Source: a virus (Duplodnaviria > Heunggongvirae > Uroviricota > Caudoviricetes). From it: DNA of 64,000 nucleotides. Made by a program: the position numbers and the translations under genes. Below, piece by piece: positions 54,754-63,948 of the stretch. Each line of letters opens with the position of its first letter. Position 1 is the stretch's first letter. The notes beneath the pieces are model-generated. The model did not search any database. It had not been told where the DNA came from and saw nothing but the letters and a program-made list of their open reading frames with translations. The stretch lies in the IMG/VR virus record IMGVR_UViG_3300042901_002340; one strand, written 5' to 3'.

Positions 54754-55786
54754 AAAGTGAATTTATAAAATTTAACTCATATTCAGCAAGAGTTAAATCA
54801 GGCTTATCTATGTTACTCCCACCATTTATATTGTTTAGACACCATCTCCAATTATATGTTATATGTATTGCATAACCACCCATTATCACTAAGTGCGGAA
54901 GATTATTATCCCATGAATATCTATTAATTGGTACCTCGTCACATCCATCTATGATAAGATTTTCTACGTTTATTATTCTATCATAATTATCAGTTTTTAT
55001 AACAAAACACATATCGCAGAGATATGTCGAGGGATCCAATTTACTAATACTGCATTCTTTCTCTTCGAAGAATTTTTCCCTGTTATTTATTATGCCTTCA
55101 TTTATTAGAGAATTACCGAATCCATGTCTTATCGGATGGATTCCTTTATAGAACTTACAGTAATTATTCCCCGTTCTACCATTTCCCATATCTGGGAGTC
55201 CATCTGCATAAGAGTTTAGGTACGTGTAATAATTTTTATAATCCCAATCATTTTCATTATTAACAGATTGACAATTTAATGGTGTGTAATCCATTACGCC
55301 CTCTTGTATATGAAATAGACATTTTTTAAATTCTGATCTTATACGTGTTGCATCATCCTCGTTGAAGAAATCATCTATGAAATATTCTACCGATGGTATA
55401 CCTGTTGATATAGTTGGGGATAAAGTTAAAACAGAATCGTCATCAAGAACATTAAGATTAGATATAATATGATTTATTGTATATGCAGGGATAAGTACAT
55501 CATTATCCAATTTCAATATGTATTTATATCCATTGGTTTTTGAATATTCTATAGCATATCTGACTTTTGGTAGATAATTGCTCTGCGGACAATCGACGTA
55601 TGCGCACTCGAAGTCTATTCCGGAATCGGTGAGATTTTCTGTGTAGTAAGAAGAATCGGGATCAGAATTTACTATCAGTAACTTGATCTCTTTTATTTGC
55701 CCACATTTTTCTATTTCTTTTTTAATTTTATCAAAAACAAAATATCTATCGTTGCTCGTTAGATAAAATATTAATAGTTTATTCAT
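54746..55786 (-). CDS. Uncharacterised GT-A-fold glycosyltransferase, paralog 2
   Basis: KLDNDV; GIPSV, YKGIHPIR, DEVPIN. Confidence 0.6.
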   Translation of the reverse strand: MNKLLIFYLTSNDRYFVFDKIKKEIEKCGQIKEIKLLIVNSDPDSSYYTENLTDSGIDFECAYVDCPQSNYLPKVRYAIEYSKTNGYKYILKLDNDVLIPAYTINHIISNLNVLDDDSVLTLSPTISTGIPSVEYFIDDFFNEDDATRIRSEFKKCLFHIQEGVMDYTPLNCQSVNNENDWDYKNYYTYLNSYADGLPDMGNGRTGNNYCKFYKGIHPIRHGFGNSLINEGIINNREKFFEEKECSISKLDPSTYLCDMCFVIKTDNYDRIINVENLIIDGCDEVPINRYSWDNNLPHLVIMGGYAIHITYNWRWCLNNINGGSNIDKPDLTLAEYELNFINSLYG

Positions 55787-55848
55787 TTTTATTTTTTATA
55801 TTGTTGTATATTTCAGTCTTTTAAATGATATGCTGGTAAAATGTGATT

Positions 55849-57204
55849 TCATTCCTTATGATTTTCTAGATAGTGTCCTAAATCTTCAGGAGTTCCCAAC
55901 CCCCACATTCCTGTTGAATTGAATGTCCTTATTTTTAATCCTCTTTTTATAGCTTGATTAAATACAGGGCAAACATAGAATTCATTATTATTTCTTATAT
56001 TTAGATCTATCATTTCTTCTGCACATTCTACAAAATCTGATCCTCTTTTCCAGTAATAATATCCAACAGTTGCAATATCAGAGATTGGATTTTTCTCTGC
56101 AACTTCGGTCACCAATCCCATATCGTCAACTTTTGCAAATGACCATTTTGGGTGAGTTGCAGTAAAAGTTACTATTCCTCCATCCGCATTTGTCTCATTC
56201 ATTTTATACATAAACTCGTTGGAATCCCATTCTACAAACTGATCGGAGTTTGCAAAAAATAAAGGTGAATTATTATTTATATGTTCTTTTGCTAGCAAAC
56301 TGGTACAAGCTGCTCCCTCTGTTATACCATCTGTCTCGACTATTTTACATCCTGGTGTTATTAAGTTTAGGAGTGTATCCAAATTATATTTTTCCCTGTG
56401 TGATTTTTGTACTATATAGATATAGTTTGCATCGATGTTTAAATTTTCTACCACCAATTGGATCATTGGTTTTTTGTTAACCTCTATTAAAGGTTTAGGG
56501 AAAGTATAACCTGCTTTTTCGAATCTACTCCCCGCTCCCGCCATGGGAATTAATATATTTAGCTTTTCGTCTTTCCATTTAGGTATTAAATTCATAATTT
56601 TTTTGTTTATTTTATTTTTTATATTTATATAGGTTACATCTGCTGGCGAATCTACTCTTAATATATCGGCTCTACTCCTTGAAGCTGCCAGAAGCCCGTA
56701 GGGCGAATCCTCTATTATTAATGTTTCCTCTGGGATAAATCCTAATCTAGACATTGCTTTCCAATATATTTCAGGGTGTGGCTTGCTATTGATTACATCT
56801 TCATTAGATAATATAAGATCAAAATTTTGGATTATTCCCAATTTGGATAGAACTATTAATACTGTTTTTTTGATGCTATTTGAACAAACTGCAAGTTTGT
56901 AACCTTCGTCGGAAAGTCTTTGCATGCATATTTTTAGATTCTCTGATTCAACTATATTTAATAGTTCAGCTGATGTATATTTTTGTTTATCCTCCCATAT
57001 TTTTTTGTATGATTCCTTTGGTAATCCTTTTCTTTCTGTTAGAATCTCAAGTTTTTGGTTTGTTTTCAATCCATCATATATGGATAAATGTTCATCCCAA
57101 TTTATTGTATATTCTTCACCTAAAGCCCTATTTAGTGCATCATAGTGTATATTTTTAGCTTCTACTAGAACACCATCTAAATCAAATATTATCAATTTTT
57201 TCAT
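55849..57204 (-). CDS. HAD phosphatase - sugar-phosphate nucleotidyltransferase fusion
   Basis: FDLDGVL, KPHP, IEDS; then IPMAGAGSRF..GY..PKPLI, NSDQ, VAEK, LGTPEDL. Confidence 0.88.
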   Translation of the reverse strand: MKKLIIFDLDGVLVEAKNIHYDALNRALGEEYTINWDEHLSIYDGLKTNQKLEILTERKGLPKESYKKIWEDKQKYTSAELLNIVESENLKICMQRLSDEGYKLAVCSNSIKKTVLIVLSKLGIIQNFDLILSNEDVINSKPHPEIYWKAMSRLGFIPEETLIIEDSPYGLLAASRSRADILRVDSPADVTYINIKNKINKKIMNLIPKWKDEKLNILIPMAGAGSRFEKAGYTFPKPLIEVNKKPMIQLVVENLNIDANYIYIVQKSHREKYNLDTLLNLITPGCKIVETDGITEGAACTSLLAKEHINNNSPLFFANSDQFVEWDSNEFMYKMNETNADGGIVTFTATHPKWSFAKVDDMGLVTEVAEKNPISDIATVGYYYWKRGSDFVECAEEMIDLNIRNNNEFYVCPVFNQAIKRGLKIRTFNSTGMWGLGTPEDLGHYLENHKE

Positions 57205-57983
57205 TATCTATATCCTAAATATTTATAATTTTCTGGAGTTGACGATAAAGGTCTTGCTTCATTTCCGCTATGTGAATCATATTCTCTAAAAAAATCGGAG
57301 GAAAATTGTTTATCTTTTAATGATTTAACTATTGAAAACTCATTCATTACATATTTATGTTTTTTTACTAATGCCCTTCCTTCCCTAAAATCATTTATAT
57401 TCTTCAACCATACCGGAGGAAATCCTCCTAAGACTCTTTTACTCCATTCTATATCTTCTCCTTCACCCCACACGAAATTCTCATCCAATGGAAATTCATC
57501 CATTACCTTTTTCTTACCTATCCAAAAATTTCCTGGAATGTACATTCCTTCGGATCCTATGTAATCATACGGTAATATCACGTTTCCATATATCCTATCA
57601 TCTGGTAGTCCTATCCAATCTATTGATCTTTTCCCATCCGAGTTTAATATTCTATTCATACATAAATCCCAATCATCGCCGAATTTCAGAAAATTAAGAT
57701 ACCAATTTTCATCTAAAATAAGATAATCGTGCATATAAACTATGATATCGAATTTAGATTCCTTTGTTATTAAATTCTTTTTTTTCGTTATCCATAAATT
57801 TCTTATGGTCTCATCAAATGGTATGACTCTTATTTGCTCAGATTCTTCTAATGAACAATTACCTATTATCAATATCTCGTATAAATTTTTATCAATATTT
57901 TGGCCTTCTATGCTTAATATGACTGAATCTATATAACTGTTGGTGTTTTCGGAAGTTATTATACCGAATGTTATTCCTTTCAT
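57204..57983 (-). CDS. GT2-like glycosyltransferase
   Basis: ITFGIIT, KKN, YMHDY, LDE..WGEGEDIEWSKR. Confidence 0.75.
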   Translation of the reverse strand: MKGITFGIITSENTNSYIDSVILSIEGQNIDKNLYEILIIGNCSLEESEQIRVIPFDETIRNLWITKKKNLITKESKFDIIVYMHDYLILDENWYLNFLKFGDDWDLCMNRILNSDGKRSIDWIGLPDDRIYGNVILPYDYIGSEGMYIPGNFWIGKKKVMDEFPLDENFVWGEGEDIEWSKRVLGGFPPVWLKNINDFREGRALVKKHKYVMNEFSIVKSLKDKQFSSDFFREYDSHSGNEARPLSSTPENYKYLGYR

Positions 57984-57988
57984 ATTTT

Positions 57989-58669
57989 TTATCTTGTTAA
58001 TTTTACAAGTGTATGTGGGAGATTTTTATTTTTATACATCGATAATTTTTCTAAATAATTGGAATATTCGATTTCATTATTTTCTAATATTGCTTTTTTC
58101 TCTACCCCAAATCCAGTGAGGGATTTGCACTTTACGTTATACATTTTTTTATACGAAAATCCAAATTCTTTAGCTCTAAAACTTAAATCACCGTCGCAAT
58201 AATAGTATTTATATGACGTATCATACATTCCTATTTCTCTAAATATTTTTTTATTATAGATACCATAATTTAGAACCAATTCTTTTTCGTCATCATAAAT
58301 CACATATTCTTTATCATTTTTTCCCCTCCATGAGAAAATATAAAAATCTTCATTTGCTTCTTTTGATATCTCCTGAATTACTAGATCCCAATGGGTTTCC
58401 ATTATAACATCATCGTTCCATTGGCATACCCATTCATGAGAGGAATTTTCTATCCCCAGATTCATATAATGCCAATAATAGCTTCTTTTTCCACATTCTA
58501 TAAATTTAATTCTATCGTGATTTAAACTTTTTATGTATTCTATGGTACCATCGGTAGACCCACCATCAACTAAAACTAATTCTAAATATTTGTTAGAATT
58601 TACTGTGTTGTCGATTACCATTTTTAAATAATCTAATCTATCTAAAGTCCCAGTTACTATACTTATCAT
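57989..58669 (-). CDS. GT2 glycosyltransferase (start revised to 58669)
   Basis: ISIV, VDGGSTDGT, WNDD, GMYD, DGDLSFR. Confidence 0.85.
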   Translation of the reverse strand: MISIVTGTLDRLDYLKMVIDNTVNSNKYLELVLVDGGSTDGTIEYIKSLNHDRIKFIECGKRSYYWHYMNLGIENSSHEWVCQWNDDVIMETHWDLVIQEISKEANEDFYIFSWRGKNDKEYVIYDDEKELVLNYGIYNKKIFREIGMYDTSYKYYYCDGDLSFRAKEFGFSYKKMYNVKCKSLTGFGVEKKAILENNEIEYSNYLEKLSMYKNKNLPHTLVKLTR

Positions 58670-58671
58670 TT

Positions 58672-59295
58672 CTATTTTCTTATATAAAATGCATCTCCCC
58701 ATTCGAAAGGAGTAATTTCTGTTTCTACCCTTTCAAACCCATGCGAATTTAGAAAATCGTCCATTTCTTTTAATGTGTTATTTTCCTTATAAACTTCTCC
58801 TGTGTTTATTTCGGTGTATATGTATTTAATATTTTTAATATAATCACCAAGTCCCTTCAATGCTTTTAATTCCACCCCTTGTATGTCAAGATTTATAAAA
58901 TTGAATTCCTCCGGTGATATATTCTCTCTATCCATAAGACTTCTGATGGTTGATGTTTTCATTTTAATTTTATGTGTAAACTCAACATGTGGGTGGTATT
59001 CCAGATGTTTACCAAATTCTAATATTGATGACGATTGAAGATTATTTGTTATATTAAAATCCAATTCAATTCCATCCTCATCGTAAATTAGAGCATTAAA
59101 AAGTTTTTGATTTGAATCTTTTATTTTTTTACATCCATCCTCTATTAAAGAGGGATTTCCCTCTATCCATATTATATTATTTACCCCCATTCCCATGTAA
59201 TCGCTAATTTCTTCGAGCTCATGAGCCCCTACATGAATAATACCTGATGGTATAAATTGATATTTTTCACAGATATCTTTAAATTTTATTAGCAT
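58672..59295 (-). CDS. FkbM-family methyltransferase
   Basis: IIHVGAH, SSSILE, LDIQGVELKALKG, YIYTE, WGDAFY. Confidence 0.88.
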   Translation of the reverse strand: MLIKFKDICEKYQFIPSGIIHVGAHELEEISDYMGMGVNNIIWIEGNPSLIEDGCKKIKDSNQKLFNALIYDEDGIELDFNITNNLQSSSILEFGKHLEYHPHVEFTHKIKMKTSTIRSLMDRENISPEEFNFINLDIQGVELKALKGLGDYIKNIKYIYTEINTGEVYKENNTLKEMDDFLNSHGFERVETEITPFEWGDAFYIRK

Positions 59296-59302
59296 AGCTT
59301 AT

Positions 59303-60004
59303 TTATTTTATATTATTTTTAGTTAATATATCATGTACAGTAAATGGTAGTTTCTTTGCATTAAAATTACTTCCTGTATGAATTCTATGAGAAACTAGAA
59401 TTTTTTGTATATTATGGAATGTTTTGTTTTGTTTGTATAATCTTATCCAAAAGTCAAAATCTTCCATTCCCTCTACATCCTCGTCCCATCCCCCTATTTC
59501 TATTGCATCGGAGGTTCTAAATAAAGATGATGAATTTACTATCTGATTATGGCCAGCGAGAAATCCACTCTTTATGTCAATATCATTTTGATCTAAATTT
59601 AGAATGTTTGTTTTATTGTTATTTTTATCTATATAATATGCTAGTGTACCAATTACATCAAAATTTTTACAAATAGCTACCTGTTCAGATAATTTATTTA
59701 TTTCCCATATATCATCTCCGTCTATCAGTGAGATATATTCGGTATCTATTATTTTTAGTAGCTTATTAAGAGTTTTTGCCTTACCTTTATCATCACCATA
59801 GTCAACTATCGTGAATCTCTGATCTGTCTCTATTAGTGATTTTGCTATTTCTTTGCTAGAATCCACCGTCCCGTTGAATGCTATTATACATTTGAAGTCT
59901 TTGAATTTCTGAGCTAGTATACTTTCTATTGTGTATCCAAGGTATGCCTCATCATTATATACGGGCAGAAGTATTGTTACGCTATCCATCATATAATAAT
60001 CCAA
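59303..60004 (-). CDS. GT2 glycosyltransferase
   Basis: LLPVYN, IESILAQ, IDGDD, KLSEQ, EDFDFWIR. Confidence 0.88.
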   Translation of the reverse strand: MDYYMMDSVTILLPVYNDEAYLGYTIESILAQKFKDFKCIIAFNGTVDSSKEIAKSLIETDQRFTIVDYGDDKGKAKTLNKLLKIIDTEYISLIDGDDIWEINKLSEQVAICKNFDVIGTLAYYIDKNNNKTNILNLDQNDIDIKSGFLAGHNQIVNSSSLFRTSDAIEIGGWDEDVEGMEDFDFWIRLYKQNKTFHNIQKILVSHRIHTGSNFNAKKLPFTVHDILTKNNIK

Positions 60005-60783
60005 TTTTCACAATATACATCACTTGGATTCTTTTGCATATAAGGTCCAAACCAATTTGAAGGTGCTATCGTTTTTTTACTGTTAGCTAACCAAGAACCC
60101 CACCAACTGAATGAACTATTTGCTATTATATGACCATGGCATAATGACATTAAATACATATCAATATAGGGGCTTCCTGATTCAACTATTGTTGAATTAT
60201 TGATGTGTAGGTTCTGTCTGCACCATTCTGGATCATCGGAAAATATATAAAAATTTGAATTTGTATCGAAGTGTCCTGCTGCCTTCATATAATATTCTAC
60301 GCTCTGAGTTGGATGATGTCCAGGTGAAGTTAGGTAATCTCCTCTTCTAACATGAACAGAAACACCGTTTTCTATATCTATATGACTCTTTGAATCATCT
60401 ATAATATCATCTCTGAATGTGAATATTTCTCTTATTTCTGAATCTATGAACTTGAAGTACTTTTCGGTTTGAAAGTATCCCGATAATGAAGTCGAATCTG
60501 GTAGTGTTCCCGTTTGTGTATTAAATCCGAAATCTGTTTCGTAATATATGTGATTTATCGGTATTTCACCGCTTGTCTTTATTAGATTTTTTGGTATATT
60601 AAAACATTCCAATAATTTGCATCCATCATATGAATTCGGATCTGAACCCTGCTGAAATCTTTCAGCGGGAAAAACTGGATCAAATCCAAGTTTTCTAGCT
60701 ATTCCTATGGTTGAAGCAAATTGAAACATTTGATTACCAAATCTTCCCATGTGTCCAATATTATTAAAAGTTATCATAATCAA
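59989..60783 (-). CDS. GT11 alpha-1,2-fucosyltransferase
   Basis: GRFGNQMFQ, GYFQTEKYF, HVRRGDY, FSDDPEW, NSSFSWWG. Confidence 0.93.
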   Translation of the reverse strand: MIMITFNNIGHMGRFGNQMFQFASTIGIARKLGFDPVFPAERFQQGSDPNSYDGCKLLECFNIPKNLIKTSGEIPINHIYYETDFGFNTQTGTLPDSTSLSGYFQTEKYFKFIDSEIREIFTFRDDIIDDSKSHIDIENGVSVHVRRGDYLTSPGHHPTQSVEYYMKAAGHFDTNSNFYIFSDDPEWCRQNLHINNSTIVESGSPYIDMYLMSLCHGHIIANSSFSWWGSWLANSKKTIAPSNWFGPYMQKNPSDVYCENWIII

Positions 60784-60793
60784 TTATTTATAA

Positions 60794-60857
60794 TTTTACT
60801 GCTTTTTTACATTTTAGTTCCGTTTCATAGGAACAAAAAGTAACAAATAATCTAAAA
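60794..60857. promoter_or_regulatory. Back-to-back class-2 promoters: GGAAC-N17-GTAAAA (-) and GGAAC-N17-CTAAAA (+)
   Basis: - strand 60821-60794; + strand 60830-60857. Confidence 0.65.
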
Positions 60858-60873
60858 ATATAAAAGTGAACTT

Positions 60874-61530
60874 ATGAAAAAATTATCGGTTGTTGTGCCA
60901 TATAGAGATAGGGAGGAACACCTTAAGCAATTTGTGCCATATATGGAGAAATGGTTAAAGGATGAAGAAATACCATTTGAGATAATAATAGTAAACCAGA
61001 CGGAAGGAAAGGGATTCAATAGAGCAAAGCTTTTAAATATAGGATTCAAGGAAACTGAAAATTGCGATTATCACGTTTTTCATGATGTTGATATGTTACC
61101 TACTGATTCGGATTATGATTATACTAAAGGTCCAACACATCTTGCCTCGCAAGCTGAACAGTTTGGATATAAACTTCCCTATGATGGGTACTTTGGTGGT
61201 GTTACCATCTTTGATAAACCTAGCTTTCTTAAGATAAATGGCTATTCTAATGATTATTGGGGATGGGGTGCGGAAGATGATGACGTTCTATATAGATGCT
61301 CGATAATGGAAATACCTATATATAGAAAACAGTGCAGATATAAATCATTGGATCACGAAAGAAACATAGAAAGAGAACCGTATATAAAAAACATACACAG
61401 ACTCAATAAATTTATAACTAACGCTTCGGAGAATTCCGTAATGGGGGACGGTTTATCTAATTTAGAATACACAAAAATCGAGGATAAGATGCTAACAGAG
61501 CATACAAGATTTATAACTGTTGAGATTTAA
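60874..61530 (+). CDS. GT7 beta-1,4-galactosyltransferase-like
   Basis: VVVPYRDREEHL, FNRAKLLNIG, FHDVD, YFGGV, INGYSNDYWGWGAEDDD. Confidence 0.92.
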   Translation: MKKLSVVVPYRDREEHLKQFVPYMEKWLKDEEIPFEIIIVNQTEGKGFNRAKLLNIGFKETENCDYHVFHDVDMLPTDSDYDYTKGPTHLASQAEQFGYKLPYDGYFGGVTIFDKPSFLKINGYSNDYWGWGAEDDDVLYRCSIMEIPIYRKQCRYKSLDHERNIEREPYIKNIHRLNKFITNASENSVMGDGLSNLEYTKIEDKMLTEHTRFITVEI

Positions 61531-61739
61531 GATTCTCTTTTAAGATCACAGAGTACCCTATCGACAGTATTTATTAGATGTTCCATATTTTTACTTAGAG
61601 TATCAGGATCATCATTTTTTAGAAGATAGCTTATGGTCTCTAAAGATCCTAATGAATATGCTATTTTATTTTTAAGTATATAGTTCTCCCTTAGAAGATT
61701 GTTTGGTTCTGCTGAATTGTCGTCTGGTAAAATTCCCAT
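61527..61739 (-). CDS. Small hypothetical protein
   Basis: ATG start, helical, converges on GT7. Confidence 0.5.
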   Translation of the reverse strand: MGILPDDNSAEPNNLLRENYILKNKIAYSLGSLETISYLLKNDDPDTLSKNMEHLINTVDRVLCDLKRES

Positions 61740-61788
61740 TTCTTTTCTTTTTATAATATATAACTAAAACAAAAAAAAAGTACAAAAC

Positions 61789-61828
61789 AAAAAAAAAGCC
61801 TAGATTTTTTGGAATCTAGGCTTTTTTT
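61789..61828. terminator. Intrinsic (bidirectional-type) terminator
   Basis: aaaaaaagcctagatt-ttttgg-aatctaggcttttttt. Confidence 0.85.
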
Positions 61829-61829
61829 A

Positions 61830-63923
61830 TTATTTTTTTGGTTTAGTTATCTTGACCTTTATTGGTGGCTGAATTCCTCCATCCTTTGTTTTATCGAATG
61901 CTAATGTTATTGTATCTCCCTCTGATACTTTAGTCTGTACCATCAAATCAGCTAAGGTGTCCTCAATATATTTTTGTATGATTCTTTTTAATGGTCTTGC
62001 TCCAAATTTTGGATTGAATCCTTCCTCGCATATCTTTTCCTTAAGGTCAGATGAAATTTTTATTTTGTAACCCAATGACTCTATTCTAGGTAAAGTTTTA
62101 TTTAATTCGACTTCAAGAATATCCAACATGTTTTCTTTACCTAATTCTTTAAAGTAAACGATGTCGTCCAATCTATTAATAAACTCGGGCGAGAATTTTT
62201 TTTCTAATTCTTTCTTTAGTAAAGCTTCGTTCTCAAATTCTTTATTATTTGATTTGGTTGATGTTACAAATCCGCTGCTTGTCCCAAATTCCGATAGTTT
62301 TCTTTGACCAACATTAGAGGTTAGTATAATCAAGGTGTTTTTGAAATTTATCTTTCTACCCTGTCCGTCTGTTAAATGACCTTCGTCAAGAATCTGTAGA
62401 AGTGTATTAAAGATTTCTGGATGTGCTTTTTCAATCTCATCAAAAAGAACTATTGAGTATGGCTTTCTTCTAACTTTTTCTGTTAGCTGTCCGCCATCTT
62501 CGTGACCAACGTATCCTGGAGGTGCTCCGAACATTTTAGTAGCATCAAACTTTTCACCATATTCACTCATGTCGATTCTTATTAGTGAATCACTTTCACC
62601 AAACATATACTTAGCAAGTTCTTTAGCTAATTGAGTTTTACCAACTCCTGTTGGACCAAGAAATAGAAATGTACCGATGGGTTTGTTTGGATCTTTTATT
62701 CCCATCCGATTTCTTAGAACTGCTCTGGATACTTTTTCTATGACATGATCCTGACCGATAACCTTACCTTTAAGCTCTGTGCTCATGTTAGCTAGCTTGA
62801 AGTTTTCGTCTTGATTTACTTTCTTAAGCGGAACCCCTGACATCATAGCTACAACCTCTGCAACCTTCTCTCCGTCTACTGTTTTCTTTTTTCCTTTTAA
62901 CCTTGTCTCCCAAAGTTTTATTTCCGATTCCAGCGACACCTCAGTGTGTCTTTGTAGATCTCTAAATTTTGCTGCACCTTCATAATCCTGTCTTTTTACA
63001 GCGAGTTGTTTGTCAATTGCTATTTGAGCTAAATTCTTTTCCAGCTTGGTTATGGTATCCGGTACTTTAACGTCGCTTAGCTGTGTTCTACTGCCCGCTT
63101 CGTCTAAAGCATCTAAAGCCTTGTCCGGAAAGTTTCGGTCCGTTATATAGCGTTCTGTGAGCTTTACGCAGTTGATTATGGCATCGTCTGTATACTTTAC
63201 GTTGTGATGATCCTCATATTTGGATTTTACACTGTTTAGTATATCTATTGTGGTTTCCATATCGGGTGGATTCACAAGTACCTTCTGGAATCTTCTTTCT
63301 AGAGCTCCGTCTTTTTCTATATGCTGACGGTATTCATTTAGTGTTGTTGCACCAATACATTGGATTTCACCTCTAGCTAAAGCAGGCTTGAACATATTTG
63401 AAGCATCTAAAGATCCCGAAGATCCTCCAGCCCCGATTATGGTGTGTAGCTCATCGATAAAAATTATGATGTCTCTATTCTTCTTAAGTTCGTCTATGAT
63501 TGATTTAATTCTTTCCTCGAATTGTCCTCTGTATTTTGTTCCAGCCACAAGAGAACCCATATCCAGAGTTAGAATTCTTTTGTTTAGTAGGGTCTGTGAA
63601 ACTTTTCTTTGTACTATCTTTAGCGCTAATCCCTCAGCTATTGCAGATTTACCAACTCCTGGTTCACCGATAAGAACCGGATTATTCTTCTTTCTCCTGG
63701 AGAGAATCTGGGAGATTCTCTCTATCTCAGGATCTCTGCCTATAATAGGATCGAGTTCACCTCTTGATGCGAGATCAGTTAAATCCGTTGAATGGGAATC
63801 AAGCACTGGGGTTTTACCTGTTCCTTTTTTGGACTTATACTCGCTTTGGTGGTCGTCCTCGTTCCCATCCGTGTATTGATCCATGGATGGTGAAATTTTC
63901 TTTTTGTAGTCTCCTCTTTTCAT
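61830..63923 (-). CDS. clpC: ClpC-like Hsp100 ATPase lacking the N-terminal Clp domain
   Basis: LDPIIGR, GEPGVGKS, FIDELH, DGALERRF, UVR M-domain QDYEGAAKFRD, GPTGVGKT, RIDMSEY, GAPPGYVG, GARPLKR. Confidence 0.9.
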   Translation of the reverse strand: MKRGDYKKKISPSMDQYTDGNEDDHQSEYKSKKGTGKTPVLDSHSTDLTDLASRGELDPIIGRDPEIERISQILSRRKKNNPVLIGEPGVGKSAIAEGLALKIVQRKVSQTLLNKRILTLDMGSLVAGTKYRGQFEERIKSIIDELKKNRDIIIFIDELHTIIGAGGSSGSLDASNMFKPALARGEIQCIGATTLNEYRQHIEKDGALERRFQKVLVNPPDMETTIDILNSVKSKYEDHHNVKYTDDAIINCVKLTERYITDRNFPDKALDALDEAGSRTQLSDVKVPDTITKLEKNLAQIAIDKQLAVKRQDYEGAAKFRDLQRHTEVSLESEIKLWETRLKGKKKTVDGEKVAEVVAMMSGVPLKKVNQDENFKLANMSTELKGKVIGQDHVIEKVSRAVLRNRMGIKDPNKPIGTFLFLGPTGVGKTQLAKELAKYMFGESDSLIRIDMSEYGEKFDATKMFGAPPGYVGHEDGGQLTEKVRRKPYSIVLFDEIEKAHPEIFNTLLQILDEGHLTDGQGRKINFKNTLIILTSNVGQRKLSEFGTSSGFVTSTKSNNKEFENEALLKKELEKKFSPEFINRLDDIVYFKELGKENMLDILEVELNKTLPRIESLGYKIKISSDLKEKICEEGFNPKFGARPLKRIIQKYIEDTLADLMVQTKVSEGDTITLAFDKTKDGGIQPPIKVKITKPKK

Positions 63924-63948
63924 AAAAAATTTTATCCTTTATTTTATG

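Noticed and set aside
1160-63879. The many + strand ORFs in the track (e.g. 7165-7809, 11905-12492, 24774-25508, 63388-63879)
   Set aside because: Antisense shadows of well-supported - strand genes, Ser/Phe/Leu-rich and without motifs. Only 60874-61530 is accepted.
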